Shown: positions 44,720-53,740 of the stretch, piece after piece | Layout of the letters: each line of letters opens with the position of its first letter | Position numbering within the stretch: position 1 is the first letter of the stretch | From: a virus | Taxonomy: Duplodnaviria > Caudoviricetes | Strand: one strand, 5' to 3' | Length of the DNA: 64,000 nucleotides | Virus record (IMG/VR): IMGVR_UViG_2706795722_000001 | Coordinates: 1-64,000 of that record | The notes under the pieces: generated by a model | Told to the model about the DNA's origin: nothing | The model's database searches: none | What the model saw: the letters and a program-made list of their open reading frames with translations, nothing else | Translations under genes and position numbers: made by a program

Positions 44720-46270
44720 TCACAGAGTCCCTTCGAGGGCGTCCTTGATCTTGTCCATGAAGGACTCGGTCTGGCCATCGGTTGCGCCACCCCTGATCAC
44801 CGCATCGAACGAGAACTTCTTGTCCTTGATGATCTGCTCGACACGGTATTCCGCCGAGTTCTTCACCATGTACTCGAAAACCTGGATCGACGGATGATGC
44901 TCGGACCCAACACGACGAAGGCGACCGATGCCCTGATCGTTGAGCGCAGGGCTGAACTCCTTGTCGATGAACTGGCAGTGGTTGGCTGCCACCATATTGA
45001 GGCCGACTCCCATTGCCTTGATGATTCCGATAATCACGCCAGGCTCTTTATCAGCGGACCACTCCTTGACGATGCCCTGTCGCTTGTCCTTGTTGATGTT
45101 GCCGTGAATCTCGGAAACCTTTGTGCCCGGTCGCGCCTCCTCGAGCCTGCGCTTGTACGCCTCGATGATCGGACGAAACTGTGTGAAGACGATCAGCTTG
45201 TGGCCGTTGTCGAGAATCTCGCAGGCATCCTCAATGGCGAGGTCGAGCTTGGGCGACTCGTCCCAGCCGGGGACTAGCGTGCAGGTGGACGAACAGATCT
45301 GACGGAAGCGCAACTGGCGAACCATCGGCCACTCGAGGCTCTCGTCCTCCTCGTCCGTGAGGGAGGGGATGAACTTCTGCAGCCGGTGCTCAGTGGCAAG
45401 GTGGTTGTACATCTCGCGCGGCTTGCCGGTGAGCGAAACCATACGCTTGATGATGTTGATCTCGGGCAGGTCAATCACGTTGTCGATCTCGCGGCGAAGC
45501 ATGACCTGTCCGAGGCGGGCGTTGAGCTGGCGCTCGTTCTTGACAGCCGTAACCTGCTTGCCGTTGAAGCCGCCGAGAACGCAGTACTTCGCCTTGAATC
45601 CAGCGAACGTCCCCCACTGGCCGGGGGTAACGAAATCGAGGAGTGTCCACAGGTCGTCAACCTGCCCTGTCATTGGCGTTCCGCTCATCGCCAGCGTACG
45701 ATCACGGGTGATCTGGGTAATGTTCTTGTACGCGAGCGTGTTGCGGTTCTTGATGACATGAGCCTCGTCGGCTACGAGCATGTCGATGCCCTGCTTGCCA
45801 CCCTTCAGCATGTTGATCTGCTGAATGTGATCGCCCAAGATCTCGTAGTTGATGACGAGAATCTTGTGGTTGTCGATCTTCTTGAACTCCTCGATCTGCT
45901 TGAAACGCTCAACAACACTGTTGCCGGTCGCTACACAGTAGTCGAAGTGTGTGAACTTCTCGATCTCATCCAGCCAGTTCATGCGCAGGGACGCGGGCAC
46001 GACAGCGACCATGATGCAGCGCGCCTCGGGGTCCTTCTTGACGCTCGTCCAGACGTGCATCCCGAAGTTGAACAACGCCTGGATCGTCTTGCCGAGGCCC
46101 ATCTCATCGGCGAGGATTGCGCCCTTCTTGTTCTTGAGCCACTTCACACCCTCTTCCTGATAAGGCTTGAGGATGATCTCCCGACGAATCCAGTAGTCGA
46201 GCGAGCCGCGCCCCTTACTAGGGTCGTAGGAGGTGAGGGACGTAGGCGCTACGGCGACCGGTGCGCTCAT
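44720..46270 (-). CDS. SNF2-family DNA helicase
   Basis: LADEMGLGKT, VADEAH, SGTP, QGIGRLRRVG; GGAGG before ATG 46270. Confidence 0.92.
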   Translation of the reverse strand: MSAPVAVAPTSLTSYDPSKGRGSLDYWIRREIILKPYQEEGVKWLKNKKGAILADEMGLGKTIQALFNFGMHVWTSVKKDPEARCIMVAVVPASLRMNWLDEIEKFTHFDYCVATGNSVVERFKQIEEFKKIDNHKILVINYEILGDHIQQINMLKGGKQGIDMLVADEAHVIKNRNTLAYKNITQITRDRTLAMSGTPMTGQVDDLWTLLDFVTPGQWGTFAGFKAKYCVLGGFNGKQVTAVKNERQLNARLGQVMLRREIDNVIDLPEINIIKRMVSLTGKPREMYNHLATEHRLQKFIPSLTDEEDESLEWPMVRQLRFRQICSSTCTLVPGWDESPKLDLAIEDACEILDNGHKLIVFTQFRPIIEAYKRRLEEARPGTKVSEIHGNINKDKRQGIVKEWSADKEPGVIIGIIKAMGVGLNMVAANHCQFIDKEFSPALNDQGIGRLRRVGSEHHPSIQVFEYMVKNSAEYRVEQIIKDKKFSFDAVIRGGATDGQTESFMDKIKDALEGTL

Positions 46271-46505
46271 CTTCGACCTCCCATAGGATTGCTTCGTATT
46301 CGTCTCGCGTGCCGCGAACGCGACCTTCGATGTAGTCAACTGGCGTCTTGAACGTGCGCTCGACCCAGTCGATGTAATCGACCGCTTCCTGAGCAGTGTT
46401 AGGTACAGAGCATCGGTGAAGTTCTTCGATGCTTGGTTCCCGGTAAACGAAAGCGTCGTAGCGCTTAGTGGGGTCTTGGTCTCGAACAAATCGCTTCACC
46501 CCCAC
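46218..46505 (-). CDS. Hypothetical protein
   Basis: 95-aa ORF filling the gap before the helicase. Confidence 0.6.
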   Translation of the reverse strand: MGVKRFVRDQDPTKRYDAFVYREPSIEELHRCSVPNTAQEAVDYIDWVERTFKTPVDYIEGRVRGTRDEYEAILWEVEDERTGRRSAYVPHLLRP

Positions 46506-47014
46506 TTCTCCTTGTGCTGGCAGCCCGGGCAGCCGTCGTGCTTCTCTTTGGTCTCGATGTAATCGGCGAGCGAAGCGTACTTCCTGCTACACCCCACGCA
46601 GACGTGAGGCTCGGAAAGCCTCGGGTCGGGAGCCTCGACTACCGGATCGAAGTGAGGCTGAGTGGAGTCCGTAGGCCCGGTGTAAGGCTTGTTGTCAGCC
46701 TCCGCTTCGTCCACCAGGCCGAGTGCTTCTTCGTACGTCTTGCCGTCTACCATGAGACCTCGACGATAGATGCGAGAGCCGACACCGATGCCGATGAGCT
46801 GGTGTGCGTATGGCGTAACGCCGATCTCTTCGATCAGCTTGAGTACATAGCTCAACTGATCGGGACGCAGTTCGTCAATGAACTGCGCGAACGCCGACAG
46901 GTCGGCGTTGTAGTTCTGCTCCTTCTCGCGCTGAGCTTCCTCGTAACGCTTCTGCTGAAACGCCTGGAACTCAACGGCTTCCCGAGCGAACTCGGGGACT
47001 TCATCGTCGGGCAT
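46496..47014 (-). CDS. Hypothetical protein with C-terminal Zn finger
   Basis: CVGC...CPGC; GAGGAAGG RBS. Confidence 0.7.
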   Translation of the reverse strand: MPDDEVPEFAREAVEFQAFQQKRYEEAQREKEQNYNADLSAFAQFIDELRPDQLSYVLKLIEEIGVTPYAHQLIGIGVGSRIYRRGLMVDGKTYEEALGLVDEAEADNKPYTGPTDSTQPHFDPVVEAPDPRLSEPHVCVGCSRKYASLADYIETKEKHDGCPGCQHKEKWG

Positions 47015-47045
47015 GAAGGATTCCTTCCTCTTAGGGTCACAGGAA

Positions 47046-47074
47046 AGGGGGAGGCGTTTCCAGCGCCTCCCCCT
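47046..47074 (-). terminator. Intrinsic terminator-like hairpin
   Basis: AGGGGGAGGCG/CGCCTCCCCCT 11-bp stem followed by TTCCT on the minus strand. Confidence 0.7.
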
Positions 47075-47163
47075 AACCCCTGTATCCTCATAATGTCAGC
47101 CGCGCGGGATTGCGCCAGACTCTCGAGTGCGGTAGGGTCTCGATTACCTGTGGGGAAGACTGA

Positions 47164-47319
47164 CTAGAGGGGCTTAATTATCTCCGCGCCGCAGAGACAC
47201 TCTATCGCGTTGTACGGCTCTTTGTAGGTCCAGCCTTCATGACCTTCGTGCTCCGTGCCACGCACGGCTTCCGCGAAGACGACGTCAAGCTGGCCCGCCG
47301 TCTTTGTCGATGCGCTCAT
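47164..47319 (-). CDS. 51-aa hypothetical protein
   Basis: MSASTKTAGQLDVV...CLCGAEIIKPL; TGATG overlap with the SSB-like stop. Confidence 0.6.
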   Translation of the reverse strand: MSASTKTAGQLDVVFAEAVRGTEHEGHEGWTYKEPYNAIECLCGAEIIKPL

Positions 47320-48353
47320 CAGAACGGAGGCTCTTCGTCATCGTCGATCTGGACCGTGCCCGCAGCGGGAGCCGTGGGCTTCTTGACCTTGCCGACTGTC
47401 GAGATGACCTGCTCCTCGGGCTCCGGTTCGGGCTTGGGCTGGCGCGAGGGGGCCGGGGGCGGCGTCGGGGCAGCCGGGGTGTCGACCACCTCGGCGTCGA
47501 TGGTGTTGCCCTCGATGTCGCCGTCCGGAACCTGGTCGGCCTCCGACAGGCCCGCGTTCTCGTCGTCCTCCTTGGGCATCGGAAGCTGATCGAGGAAGGT
47601 GCGCGCCGACTTGAAGGAGTCGAAGTAGTCCTGCCAGGCGTCGGGGTCGGTCTTGGCGACCTTCTTGAACTTCGGCGTGCAGTACTTCACCATGCCGCGC
47701 TTGTTGACCTCGAGCTCGAGCTGCGTGGCGACCGTGAAGATCGGCGTCTTCTTGGTAGCGAACGGAGTCACGTACTGACGGGCGGGCTTGATGCCCGAGC
47801 GCCGGATCGTGAACAGGGCCGGAATCCAGCTCTCCGAGTCCTCGGGGTCCTGGTACAGGAGGGGGAACGTCCACTCCTCCGAGCACCACGGACGCTTGCC
47901 GGTCGGGTCGGTGTTCCACTCCTTGAAGTGGCAGGACTTGCACGGCAGGCTGGGCATCGAGAGGAGGTTCTCGCCGACCGAGATGGGAGCCATGTCACTC
48001 GGCTTGAAGACCGACTGAGCATCCCAGGGAAACTGCTTCGCAGTGGGCAGCTCGGAGTCGATGTTCGGGAAGCCGTCGCGGGTGTTCGGCGACTTGCAGA
48101 GCGGAGCGTCCGCGTCCGCACCCTCGTTGACCTCGCCCCACATGATGCGGGACTTGTGGAGGCCGAGGAGGACGACCGTCAGCTCGGGGAACAGCTCGTC
48201 GGTCTGGCTGTTCTTGAACATGCCCTCGGCGTGGTCGATCGAGAGGCGCGGCATCGTGAGGTCGCTCGAGTCGAAATCCTCGAGGCCGGTTTCCGTGTTG
48301 TCCCACGGAGCGACCTCGGTGCCCGTCGCCTCGCTGGGCTGAAGAGAAGTCAT
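47319..48353 (-). CDS. ssDNA-binding/recombination protein with acidic C-terminal tail
   Basis: Ends DDDEEPPF (SSB-like tail); internal Cys motif (CKS...CKSC...WC); extreme GC3 bias; own promoter. Confidence 0.65.
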   Translation of the reverse strand: MTSLQPSEATGTEVAPWDNTETGLEDFDSSDLTMPRLSIDHAEGMFKNSQTDELFPELTVVLLGLHKSRIMWGEVNEGADADAPLCKSPNTRDGFPNIDSELPTAKQFPWDAQSVFKPSDMAPISVGENLLSMPSLPCKSCHFKEWNTDPTGKRPWCSEEWTFPLLYQDPEDSESWIPALFTIRRSGIKPARQYVTPFATKKTPIFTVATQLELEVNKRGMVKYCTPKFKKVAKTDPDAWQDYFDSFKSARTFLDQLPMPKEDDENAGLSEADQVPDGDIEGNTIDAEVVDTPAAPTPPPAPSRQPKPEPEPEEQVISTVGKVKKPTAPAAGTVQIDDDEEPPF

Positions 48354-48443
48354 GTCTGTTTGCTCGTTTCTGTAGGTCTCGGCTGTTTTGGCTGTCTCGC
48401 ATGTTTCGTAGTTTTGCGTGTTCGTATCCCTACGAACTCATAC

Positions 48444-48472
48444 ATATTACCACACATACCGATGTTTGTCAA
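48444..48472 (-). promoter_or_regulatory. sigmaA-type promoter
   Basis: TTGACA-AACATCGGTATGTGTGG(17)-TAATAT. Confidence 0.8.
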
Positions 48473-48798
48473 ACCCGACGCTTGCCGGGCGCTTTGTTCT
48501 TTAGCGACACCCGCCTCTGCTCAGTGAACCGGATACCCTTGTAGCGCATCCAGAGCTTGAAGGAGGTTTCCGACACGCGCCACACAGGCTTCATCTCGGG
48601 TGTCGCGATATTGATTGCTATCAGGCGGCCTCTGCGCGACCCGACCGACCTGCCGTGGAAGAACAGGAACTCGTCTTCGAGCGACTTCTTGCTGATGTCG
48701 AGCATAAGCGCGATCTGATCGACCGTGAACATGAACTCCCTGGCCGGAAGGTTCACCTCCGAGTCGATCTCGTCTTCAGAGAAGCTGTTGCTGGACAT
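48469..48798 (-). CDS. HTH-like DNA-binding protein
   Basis: FTVDQIALMLDIS...WRVSETSF..WM excisionase-like pattern. Confidence 0.65.
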   Translation of the reverse strand: MSSNSFSEDEIDSEVNLPAREFMFTVDQIALMLDISKKSLEDEFLFFHGRSVGSRRGRLIAINIATPEMKPVWRVSETSFKLWMRYKGIRFTEQRRVSLKNKAPGKRRV

Positions 48799-49132
48799 AC
48801 ACAGACCCTGTCCGGATGTGCGCGAAGTGTCGCGAGCGTACCGGAGGCATGTTGACTCCACTGTTCGACACCGGGAAGAGCTCGCAGTTGCAGAACGTGT
48901 ACAGCAGCTCTGCCAACCAGGGGGAGACGTTGAGCCCATAGCGGGGCGCGCCACCACTCTTGACGGAAGCGTCCGACTCGTCGTAGAAGGTGTCCATCAT
49001 TTCCTTGAGGTACTCGGGCGAACTTGCCGAGCGCGAGTGGTCCTGAAACCTCACGTACACGTACTTGCAGTCGCCGAACTGCTCGAAGCCGGTCCAGACA
49101 ATGTTGTCAGGCTTCGTCGGCAGCGCAACCAT
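48776..49132 (-). CDS. Hypothetical protein
   Basis: GGAGG before ATG 49132; TAATG coupling. Confidence 0.6.
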   Translation of the reverse strand: MVALPTKPDNIVWTGFEQFGDCKYVYVRFQDHSRSASSPEYLKEMMDTFYDESDASVKSGGAPRYGLNVSPWLAELLYTFCNCELFPVSNSGVNMPPVRSRHFAHIRTGSVYVQQQLL

Positions 49133-49434
49133 TAGCGCACCTCCTTGTAAACCTGCTCGGCGTCGTGGACGGTGGCCGCGAACGTCAGCGTACGAGTCGA
49201 CGGGCTCGTCTCCACGACGCTCCAGTAGAACTTCTCGTCGGAGCCGAGGAACACCTTGCGCGCGTCCTGGATCGCGCGCGTCGAGGTCTCCTGTGCGTAG
49301 CTGCGCACCTGTGCATTCCCGGCCTTGTCCACCAGAACCCAGTACCACAGACTCGGCTTGGTGTTGGGGATCGCGAGGCTGCCCTTCGTGATCCTGATGT
49401 AGCGGAGCCTCCCGTGCCCCTTGTGTCCGTTCAT
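49132..49434 (-). CDS. DUF1508/YegP-like small protein
   Basis: WYWVLVDKAGNAQVRSY...STRAIQDAR resembles the DUF1508 pattern. Confidence 0.5.
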   Translation of the reverse strand: MNGHKGHGRLRYIRITKGSLAIPNTKPSLWYWVLVDKAGNAQVRSYAQETSTRAIQDARKVFLGSDEKFYWSVVETSPSTRTLTFAATVHDAEQVYKEVR

Positions 49435-49892
49435 CGTCCCGTCACCTTCCTCTTCTTGCGAGCCTTCGCTCGCTTCTTGTCGAGCTCGGCCTTGCGTCGG
49501 TTGAACTTGGCCTCGAGCTTGTCGACCCGCTCGCACCACTCGCGGTAGGTCTCACCCGGCTCCTGTGATGGGAGTTCGTTGAGAAACTCCCTCATGTGTT
49601 GGCCTCGCCACTGCGACTCTTCTTGCATCAGGTATCCCCTCCTCCGAGGTTCTGCATGTGGAACCAGATCGCCGTCGTAGAAGAACGACTCCTGCTTCTC
49701 GTCACCTCTGATCAGCGCGTCGAGCTTCTCGTGACCGACCTTCCTCTCGTCCTCGCGGTCGAGGTTGAAGTCGTTGAACAGATCAGCAACCTCCTCCTTA
49801 GCCTCCTCATACGACATGCCGTTGCCGCCGTCGTAGAAGCGCTCGAGCAGGTGCGCTTTGACTCGCTCGAGCAACTCTCCCTGGTCTGCCAC
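49431..49892 (-). CDS. Charged hypothetical protein
   Basis: 153 aa, acidic N-terminus and Lys/Arg-rich C-terminus. Confidence 0.7.
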   Translation of the reverse strand: MADQGELLERVKAHLLERFYDGGNGMSYEEAKEEVADLFNDFNLDREDERKVGHEKLDALIRGDEKQESFFYDGDLVPHAEPRRRGYLMQEESQWRGQHMREFLNELPSQEPGETYREWCERVDKLEAKFNRRKAELDKKRAKARKKRKVTGR

Positions 49893-49898
49893 CTTGAT

Positions 49899-50123
49899 CT
49901 ACCTTCCGTAAGGCGAGGGCGCTCGACCCTCGGGAATCTCGGGGAGCGTCGGCCACATTTTGCGCAGCCAATTCCACGACTCCACCGACAGGACAACCAT
50001 CGTAGGCTTCTGGTTCACGCGAACCAGCACTGGCCCATCCTTGGTGAGCTCGCGCACAAGGCGAGGCTGGCCCGACAGGACCGTCGAGGGGATGTCGCCG
50101 CCCAGCTTGGTCGGCTTGCTCAT
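49899..50123 (-). CDS. Phd/YefM antitoxin-like protein
   Basis: IPSTVLSGQPRLVRELTKDGPVLVRVNQKPTMVVLSVESW matches the Phd/YefM DNA-binding fold pattern by eye. Confidence 0.6.
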   Translation of the reverse strand: MSKPTKLGGDIPSTVLSGQPRLVRELTKDGPVLVRVNQKPTMVVLSVESWNWLRKMWPTLPEIPEGRAPSPYGR

Positions 50124-50758
50124 CGCTTCGCCTTCCGCTTGAGCGCTTCGAGTCCGTCGCGCATTCCCTCGAGCGTGAGTCCCTTAAAGTACAGCGGCTT
50201 GTGATTGATCTTGGCGTAGCCGAGACGCTCCCACCGCTGGAACACTGCGCCGATCGCTCCGGTGCTCGGTGGGCTGTCGGGGTCGATGAGGTTCGCGATG
50301 AACTGCGGCGTGCAGGGCTCGTCGAACTCGCCGAGCATCGCGCGGTTGCAGATCTGCTGCACCTCGGTCTCGAGCTGCCCGCGTTGACGGTAGCCCGACG
50401 GCGTTTCGGTGAACGTACGGGCCGATTCCAATAGCCCAGGAGCCGTTTCGCTGCGCTTTTCCGCGCCCCGCGACGTTTGACCACCGGCCAACGAAGCACC
50501 CGGCATATCGCGACCGAAGTACATGGACAGGTCGGGTCCGACGAAGGGAACGTAGTTCGGGTTCTGATGCACTCGCCTGGGCTCGCCCGCCATCTCGTAC
50601 ATGCGGTTGAACTTCTGGTGGCACGCACAGGCACACAGCTCGTATTTCACGCACACCTTCATGTGCTTGCCACTCGGGCTCACCGGGGCGGTGCCCTCGC
50701 AGTGGCCGTTGCTGCAGAACCCGCTGACGTACTTGCTGTTAGGGTCTTGTTTACTCAC
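50120..50758 (-). CDS. Cys-rich N-terminus plus possible winged-helix C-terminus
   Basis: CSNGHC...CVKYELCACACH; PSTGAIGAVFQRW. Confidence 0.7.
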   Translation of the reverse strand: MSKQDPNSKYVSGFCSNGHCEGTAPVSPSGKHMKVCVKYELCACACHQKFNRMYEMAGEPRRVHQNPNYVPFVGPDLSMYFGRDMPGASLAGGQTSRGAEKRSETAPGLLESARTFTETPSGYRQRGQLETEVQQICNRAMLGEFDEPCTPQFIANLIDPDSPPSTGAIGAVFQRWERLGYAKINHKPLYFKGLTLEGMRDGLEALKRKAKR

Positions 50759-51027
50759 GCGGGGTACTCCTCTCTGATGGCTTCGAACTGCCTGTTGATC
50801 TCGCCGAGGTCGCCGGTAAGCTGGACGAGGTTGTGGCGAATGCCGGGAATGAAACTGATTTCCGAGTTGTGGCGATTAACCGAGTTCTCGATAACGACAC
50901 AGTCTTGGATTAACAGGTTGAATCTTTCGATCAACTCGTTGACCTTGTCTGCGATCTCTTGCACCGATGGTGGTGGACCTTGCCATGCGTACTCATTCAG
51001 TGGAATGACGCGCGTAGGATTAATCAA
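50755..51027 (-). CDS. Coiled-coil hypothetical protein
   Basis: 90 aa, AT-richer. Confidence 0.6.
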   Translation of the reverse strand: MINPTRVIPLNEYAWQGPPPSVQEIADKVNELIERFNLLIQDCVVIENSVNRHNSEISFIPGIRHNLVQLTGDLGEINRQFEAIREEYPA

Positions 51028-51580
51028 GGTCGGTCACCTCCGCTCCTTCGCCGTAGACCGCACCCTCCTCGCCCGAGAAGGTTTCTTCCTGCTTGGCCCT
51101 GCTTGCTATCGACCGCTCCTGCTGGCTGGGGTCGATACTGCTTCGGCCTAGCCAGCCAGTGGGGAGGAACTCCAGTGTGTCCTCGAAAGCGGTTCCGCCT
51201 TCGCGCCGCCAAATCACCGGTGGGTCACGAAAGATCCGACCCAGCGAAGTGTCGCCGTCTTGAAGTGCCTCTTCGGCGATCTTGTCGCGCGCCTTCACGC
51301 TGTCGAGCGAGGCCTCGAAGGCTACGTCGATCACACGCTTGATCGCGACTAGCTCCTCTTCGGTCAACGAAGTAAGCTTGACCTGAATCACCCTTCGGCC
51401 CTCGGCCTCGATGAACAGGTCTACATCGACGCCGTAGTTGCGAGTCGAGTTCGGACGCACATACGTCGTGAAGGCGTACCTATACGCCTTGGTCCACATC
51501 CTTCGGAAAGGGCCAAACGACCCTGCGAGAATGTGTGAATCAGTGGCCTTACCCGGCCTGCTTCCGCCTGGCACGCGCAA
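51020..51580 (-). CDS. Hypothetical protein (start uncertain)
   Basis: ORF fills the gap; GC3 bias in the core. Confidence 0.6.
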   Translation of the reverse strand: MRVPGGSRPGKATDSHILAGSFGPFRRMWTKAYRYAFTTYVRPNSTRNYGVDVDLFIEAEGRRVIQVKLTSLTEEELVAIKRVIDVAFEASLDSVKARDKIAEEALQDGDTSLGRIFRDPPVIWRREGGTAFEDTLEFLPTGWLGRSSIDPSQQERSIASRAKQEETFSGEEGAVYGEGAEVTDLD

Positions 51581-51788
51581 CCTTCATCCTCTCGATCCTC
51601 GACATGTCGCGAGGGTAGTTGTAGTCCTTGTCTTCTCCGAGGCAGTTCTCGCACAGCCAGTCGACGGTGCGGGAGCGGAACACGGTCGAGTTGTTTCCGA
51701 TGCCCGAGAACATCACCTTCTTCGAGGTGAGGTCTTCTCGTTTCTTGTCCTTGCCACAGTTCGTGCAAGCGTACAACGGGTCAGCCAT
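51549..51788 (-). CDS. Small Zn-finger protein
   Basis: CTNC...CENC; AAAGG RBS. Confidence 0.7.
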   Translation of the reverse strand: MADPLYACTNCGKDKKREDLTSKKVMFSGIGNNSTVFRSRTVDWLCENCLGEDKDYNYPRDMSRIERMKVARARRKQAG

Positions 51789-51801
51789 TTCGGCCTTTCA
51801 T

Positions 51802-53172
51802 TTAGAAGGGTGCGGGGACGGCGTCCCCAAAGTCGGACGGAGACCTGTAATCGAAGCACTCTGCACACTTGTTGGACAAGGCCAGCACGAGCCGATCGAA
51901 TGACATCGAGTTGAACATCGAGTACTGCTTCTCGCATTCGGTGCAAACGATGTCCACTCCTGCGCCGAGGTCGACGATCTCGTCAAGCGAGCTCACGAAA
52001 GCCTGCTCGACCACCTCAAGTGGAATGTGATAAGTCATCGGAAACTCGCCAATGTTAAGCACGAATAGCGCCTCGTCAGCAATCACCCCAGAGGAGAGGT
52101 TGGCCGCAACAAGTGCGACCAAACGGATGACATCTTCCTCGACGTCGACCTCGGCGCGCAGGCGCGCGTACTGCATCGTCTGGATCACCTTGGACCCGTC
52201 GATCTCCACTAGGAGTGGGAAGTCGAAGTAGGCTTCGGTGTGAATGAGGGTCATGAGAATCGACTCCTGCATCCGCTTCCACTGAACGTAATCCTTGCGC
52301 TCGCCCTGTGTGTCGAAGATCGGACGATACACCGGAACCTTGCCGTACGAATTATCCACCTCGGAATCGAGAAGAACATACAGACCGTTTCTCTGTCCAT
52401 TCGGAGTCTCGATTATACGAGTAGTGAAGTGTTCGTCGGGAGACGCTACCGTGAGGTCGTTTCCCAGTGGACCGAGAACGCAGGTTGCGCGCTGAAACAG
52501 CGGATCATACAGGTCTTCGGTGTCGATGATCTCCCATGCCGAGTGAACATCTCGCCAACGATTATGGAGGCCGAGTTGAATCAGGGGCTGCGAGATCATG
52601 TCCGCAACCCAGTCTGCTTGCTTCTTAAGCTGTGGGTGAATCCTGTTCATCGCCAGACCCCCCTTCGTTGTATCGCTGTAACCGACCGGTGACACCGGGA
52701 TTAAGAACTTCGGAGAACTTTCGGCGGTCTTCTCGGGAGAGGAGGCCGTTCGATTCAAAGGCGCGAATAGCCCTGTGTAAGGCTGTGTCTTGAGATTCCC
52801 CGCCTGACCGCCTTTCCCCCCGCCTTTCCCCCCGCCGCTCCCCGCGACGCGCGCTTTGAACGCGGAAGGAATCTGTTGCATGAGGCCTCTGGCGCCCTCC
52901 GCGCTCACGATGAACTCGTTGCGCTCCACCACTCCCTGGCCCACCGTCTCGCCGGTGTCCGTGTGTAGGGTTATCCCCAGCGTGTTCTGCTTCGCCTGCT
53001 CTTTCTGGAGCTTCTCGAGCTGTTTGTGGATTCGAGTCCCGCTCGACCCCAGTATCTCGTCCGGAGTTACCGAGATATTCTTGATCCACTCTGGAGCTGA
53101 TTGACGGTGGAGCCTTGCGCGGCCCGCGTACTCGTCGTTTCGCTTGTTCCGGTTTCGATTGCCCTTCGACAT
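51802..53172 (-). CDS. Hypothetical protein (456 aa, or 282 aa from internal ATG 52650)
   Basis: AGGAGG before ATG 53172; C-terminal CTEC...CAEC. Confidence 0.65.
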   Translation of the reverse strand: MSKGNRNRNKRNDEYAGRARLHRQSAPEWIKNISVTPDEILGSSGTRIHKQLEKLQKEQAKQNTLGITLHTDTGETVGQGVVERNEFIVSAEGARGLMQQIPSAFKARVAGSGGGKGGGKGGQAGNLKTQPYTGLFAPLNRTASSPEKTAESSPKFLIPVSPVGYSDTTKGGLAMNRIHPQLKKQADWVADMISQPLIQLGLHNRWRDVHSAWEIIDTEDLYDPLFQRATCVLGPLGNDLTVASPDEHFTTRIIETPNGQRNGLYVLLDSEVDNSYGKVPVYRPIFDTQGERKDYVQWKRMQESILMTLIHTEAYFDFPLLVEIDGSKVIQTMQYARLRAEVDVEEDVIRLVALVAANLSSGVIADEALFVLNIGEFPMTYHIPLEVVEQAFVSSLDEIVDLGAGVDIVCTECEKQYSMFNSMSFDRLVLALSNKCAECFDYRSPSDFGDAVPAPF

Positions 53173-53287
53173 CTTTCACCTCCTTCTTGACTGGGGTCTT
53201 GCGAACTTTCTTTGGCTTGGCTGACGTCTCGCACTCGCACGGGAACGAGTCACAGAACATGCACGACTCGGGAAGCTTAGCGGCCAT
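52625..53287 (-). CDS. Overlapping ORF with N-terminal Cys cluster
   Basis: CMFCDSFPCEC; TAATG coupling to the upstream stop; overlaps the previous ORF by 548 nt. Confidence 0.5.
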   Translation of the reverse strand: MAAKLPESCMFCDSFPCECETSAKPKKVRKTPVKKEVKDVEGQSKPEQAKRRVRGPRKAPPSISSRVDQEYLGNSGRDTGVERDSNPQTAREAPERAGEAEHAGDNPTHGHRRDGGPGSGGAQRVHRERGGRQRPHATDSFRVQSARRGERRGERRGERRSGGESQDTALHRAIRAFESNGLLSREDRRKFSEVLNPGVTGRLQRYNEGGSGDEQDSPTA

Positions 53288-53454
53288 TACTCCACCGGCT
53301 GGATTTCCACGATGTTCGTCTTGTCGCTGTACTTGAAGCCGATCGCCTCGTACACCTCACCGTTCGCGCGGTCCACGAACAGGATCTTCTGTGTACCGCT
53401 CTTGTTCTTCGCCATGAGCTTCATGATGGCGTCCTTGAAGTCGAAGACGTTCAC
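53287..53454 (-). CDS. 55-aa hypothetical protein
   Basis: VNVFDFKDAIMKLMAKNKSG...QPVE; GC3 bias; coupled at both ends. Confidence 0.65.
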   Translation of the reverse strand: MNVFDFKDAIMKLMAKNKSGTQKILFVDRANGEVYEAIGFKYSDKTNIVEIQPVE

Positions 53455-53714
53455 AGGTCATGTCCCATCTGGAAAGCGCCGAACACGTTGCTGGCGTACA
53501 TCGACAGGCCGACCGCCTCGGAGGTGTTCCCGGCCAGGGAGGTGGCCCGATGCTGGTCACCCTCTGCGAACGGGGAGTCGAGGGTGAGCGCGAGGATGCA
53601 GGCGCCGATCTGCTGGTCGGGTCGCGCCGCGCCGCTGACGTGCAGGTACTCTGCGATTGCGTCGAGCGCCTTCTGCTTCGCCGCGATCTCGGCGTCACTC
53701 TGGTTCTGGTTCAA
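53451..53714 (-). CDS. Hypothetical protein
   Basis: GAGGAGG RBS directly after a promoter. Confidence 0.75.
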   Translation of the reverse strand: MNQNQSDAEIAAKQKALDAIAEYLHVSGAARPDQQIGACILALTLDSPFAEGDQHRATSLAGNTSEAVGLSMYASNVFGAFQMGHDL

Positions 53715-53740
53715 GTCGGGGACCTCCTCAATGTTCTACG

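Noticed and set aside
46271-46489. N-terminal extension of the helicase to 589 aa
   Set aside because: It overlaps the better-supported 46218..46505 ORF, and a GGAGG RBS sits before ATG 46270.
47090-47165. Possible tRNA-like or structured RNA between terminator and 51-aa ORF
   Set aside because: Only short stems (TCAGTC/GGCTGA, GCGC/GCGC); no T-loop or anticodon arm, and most of the apparent gap is a small ORF plus terminator.
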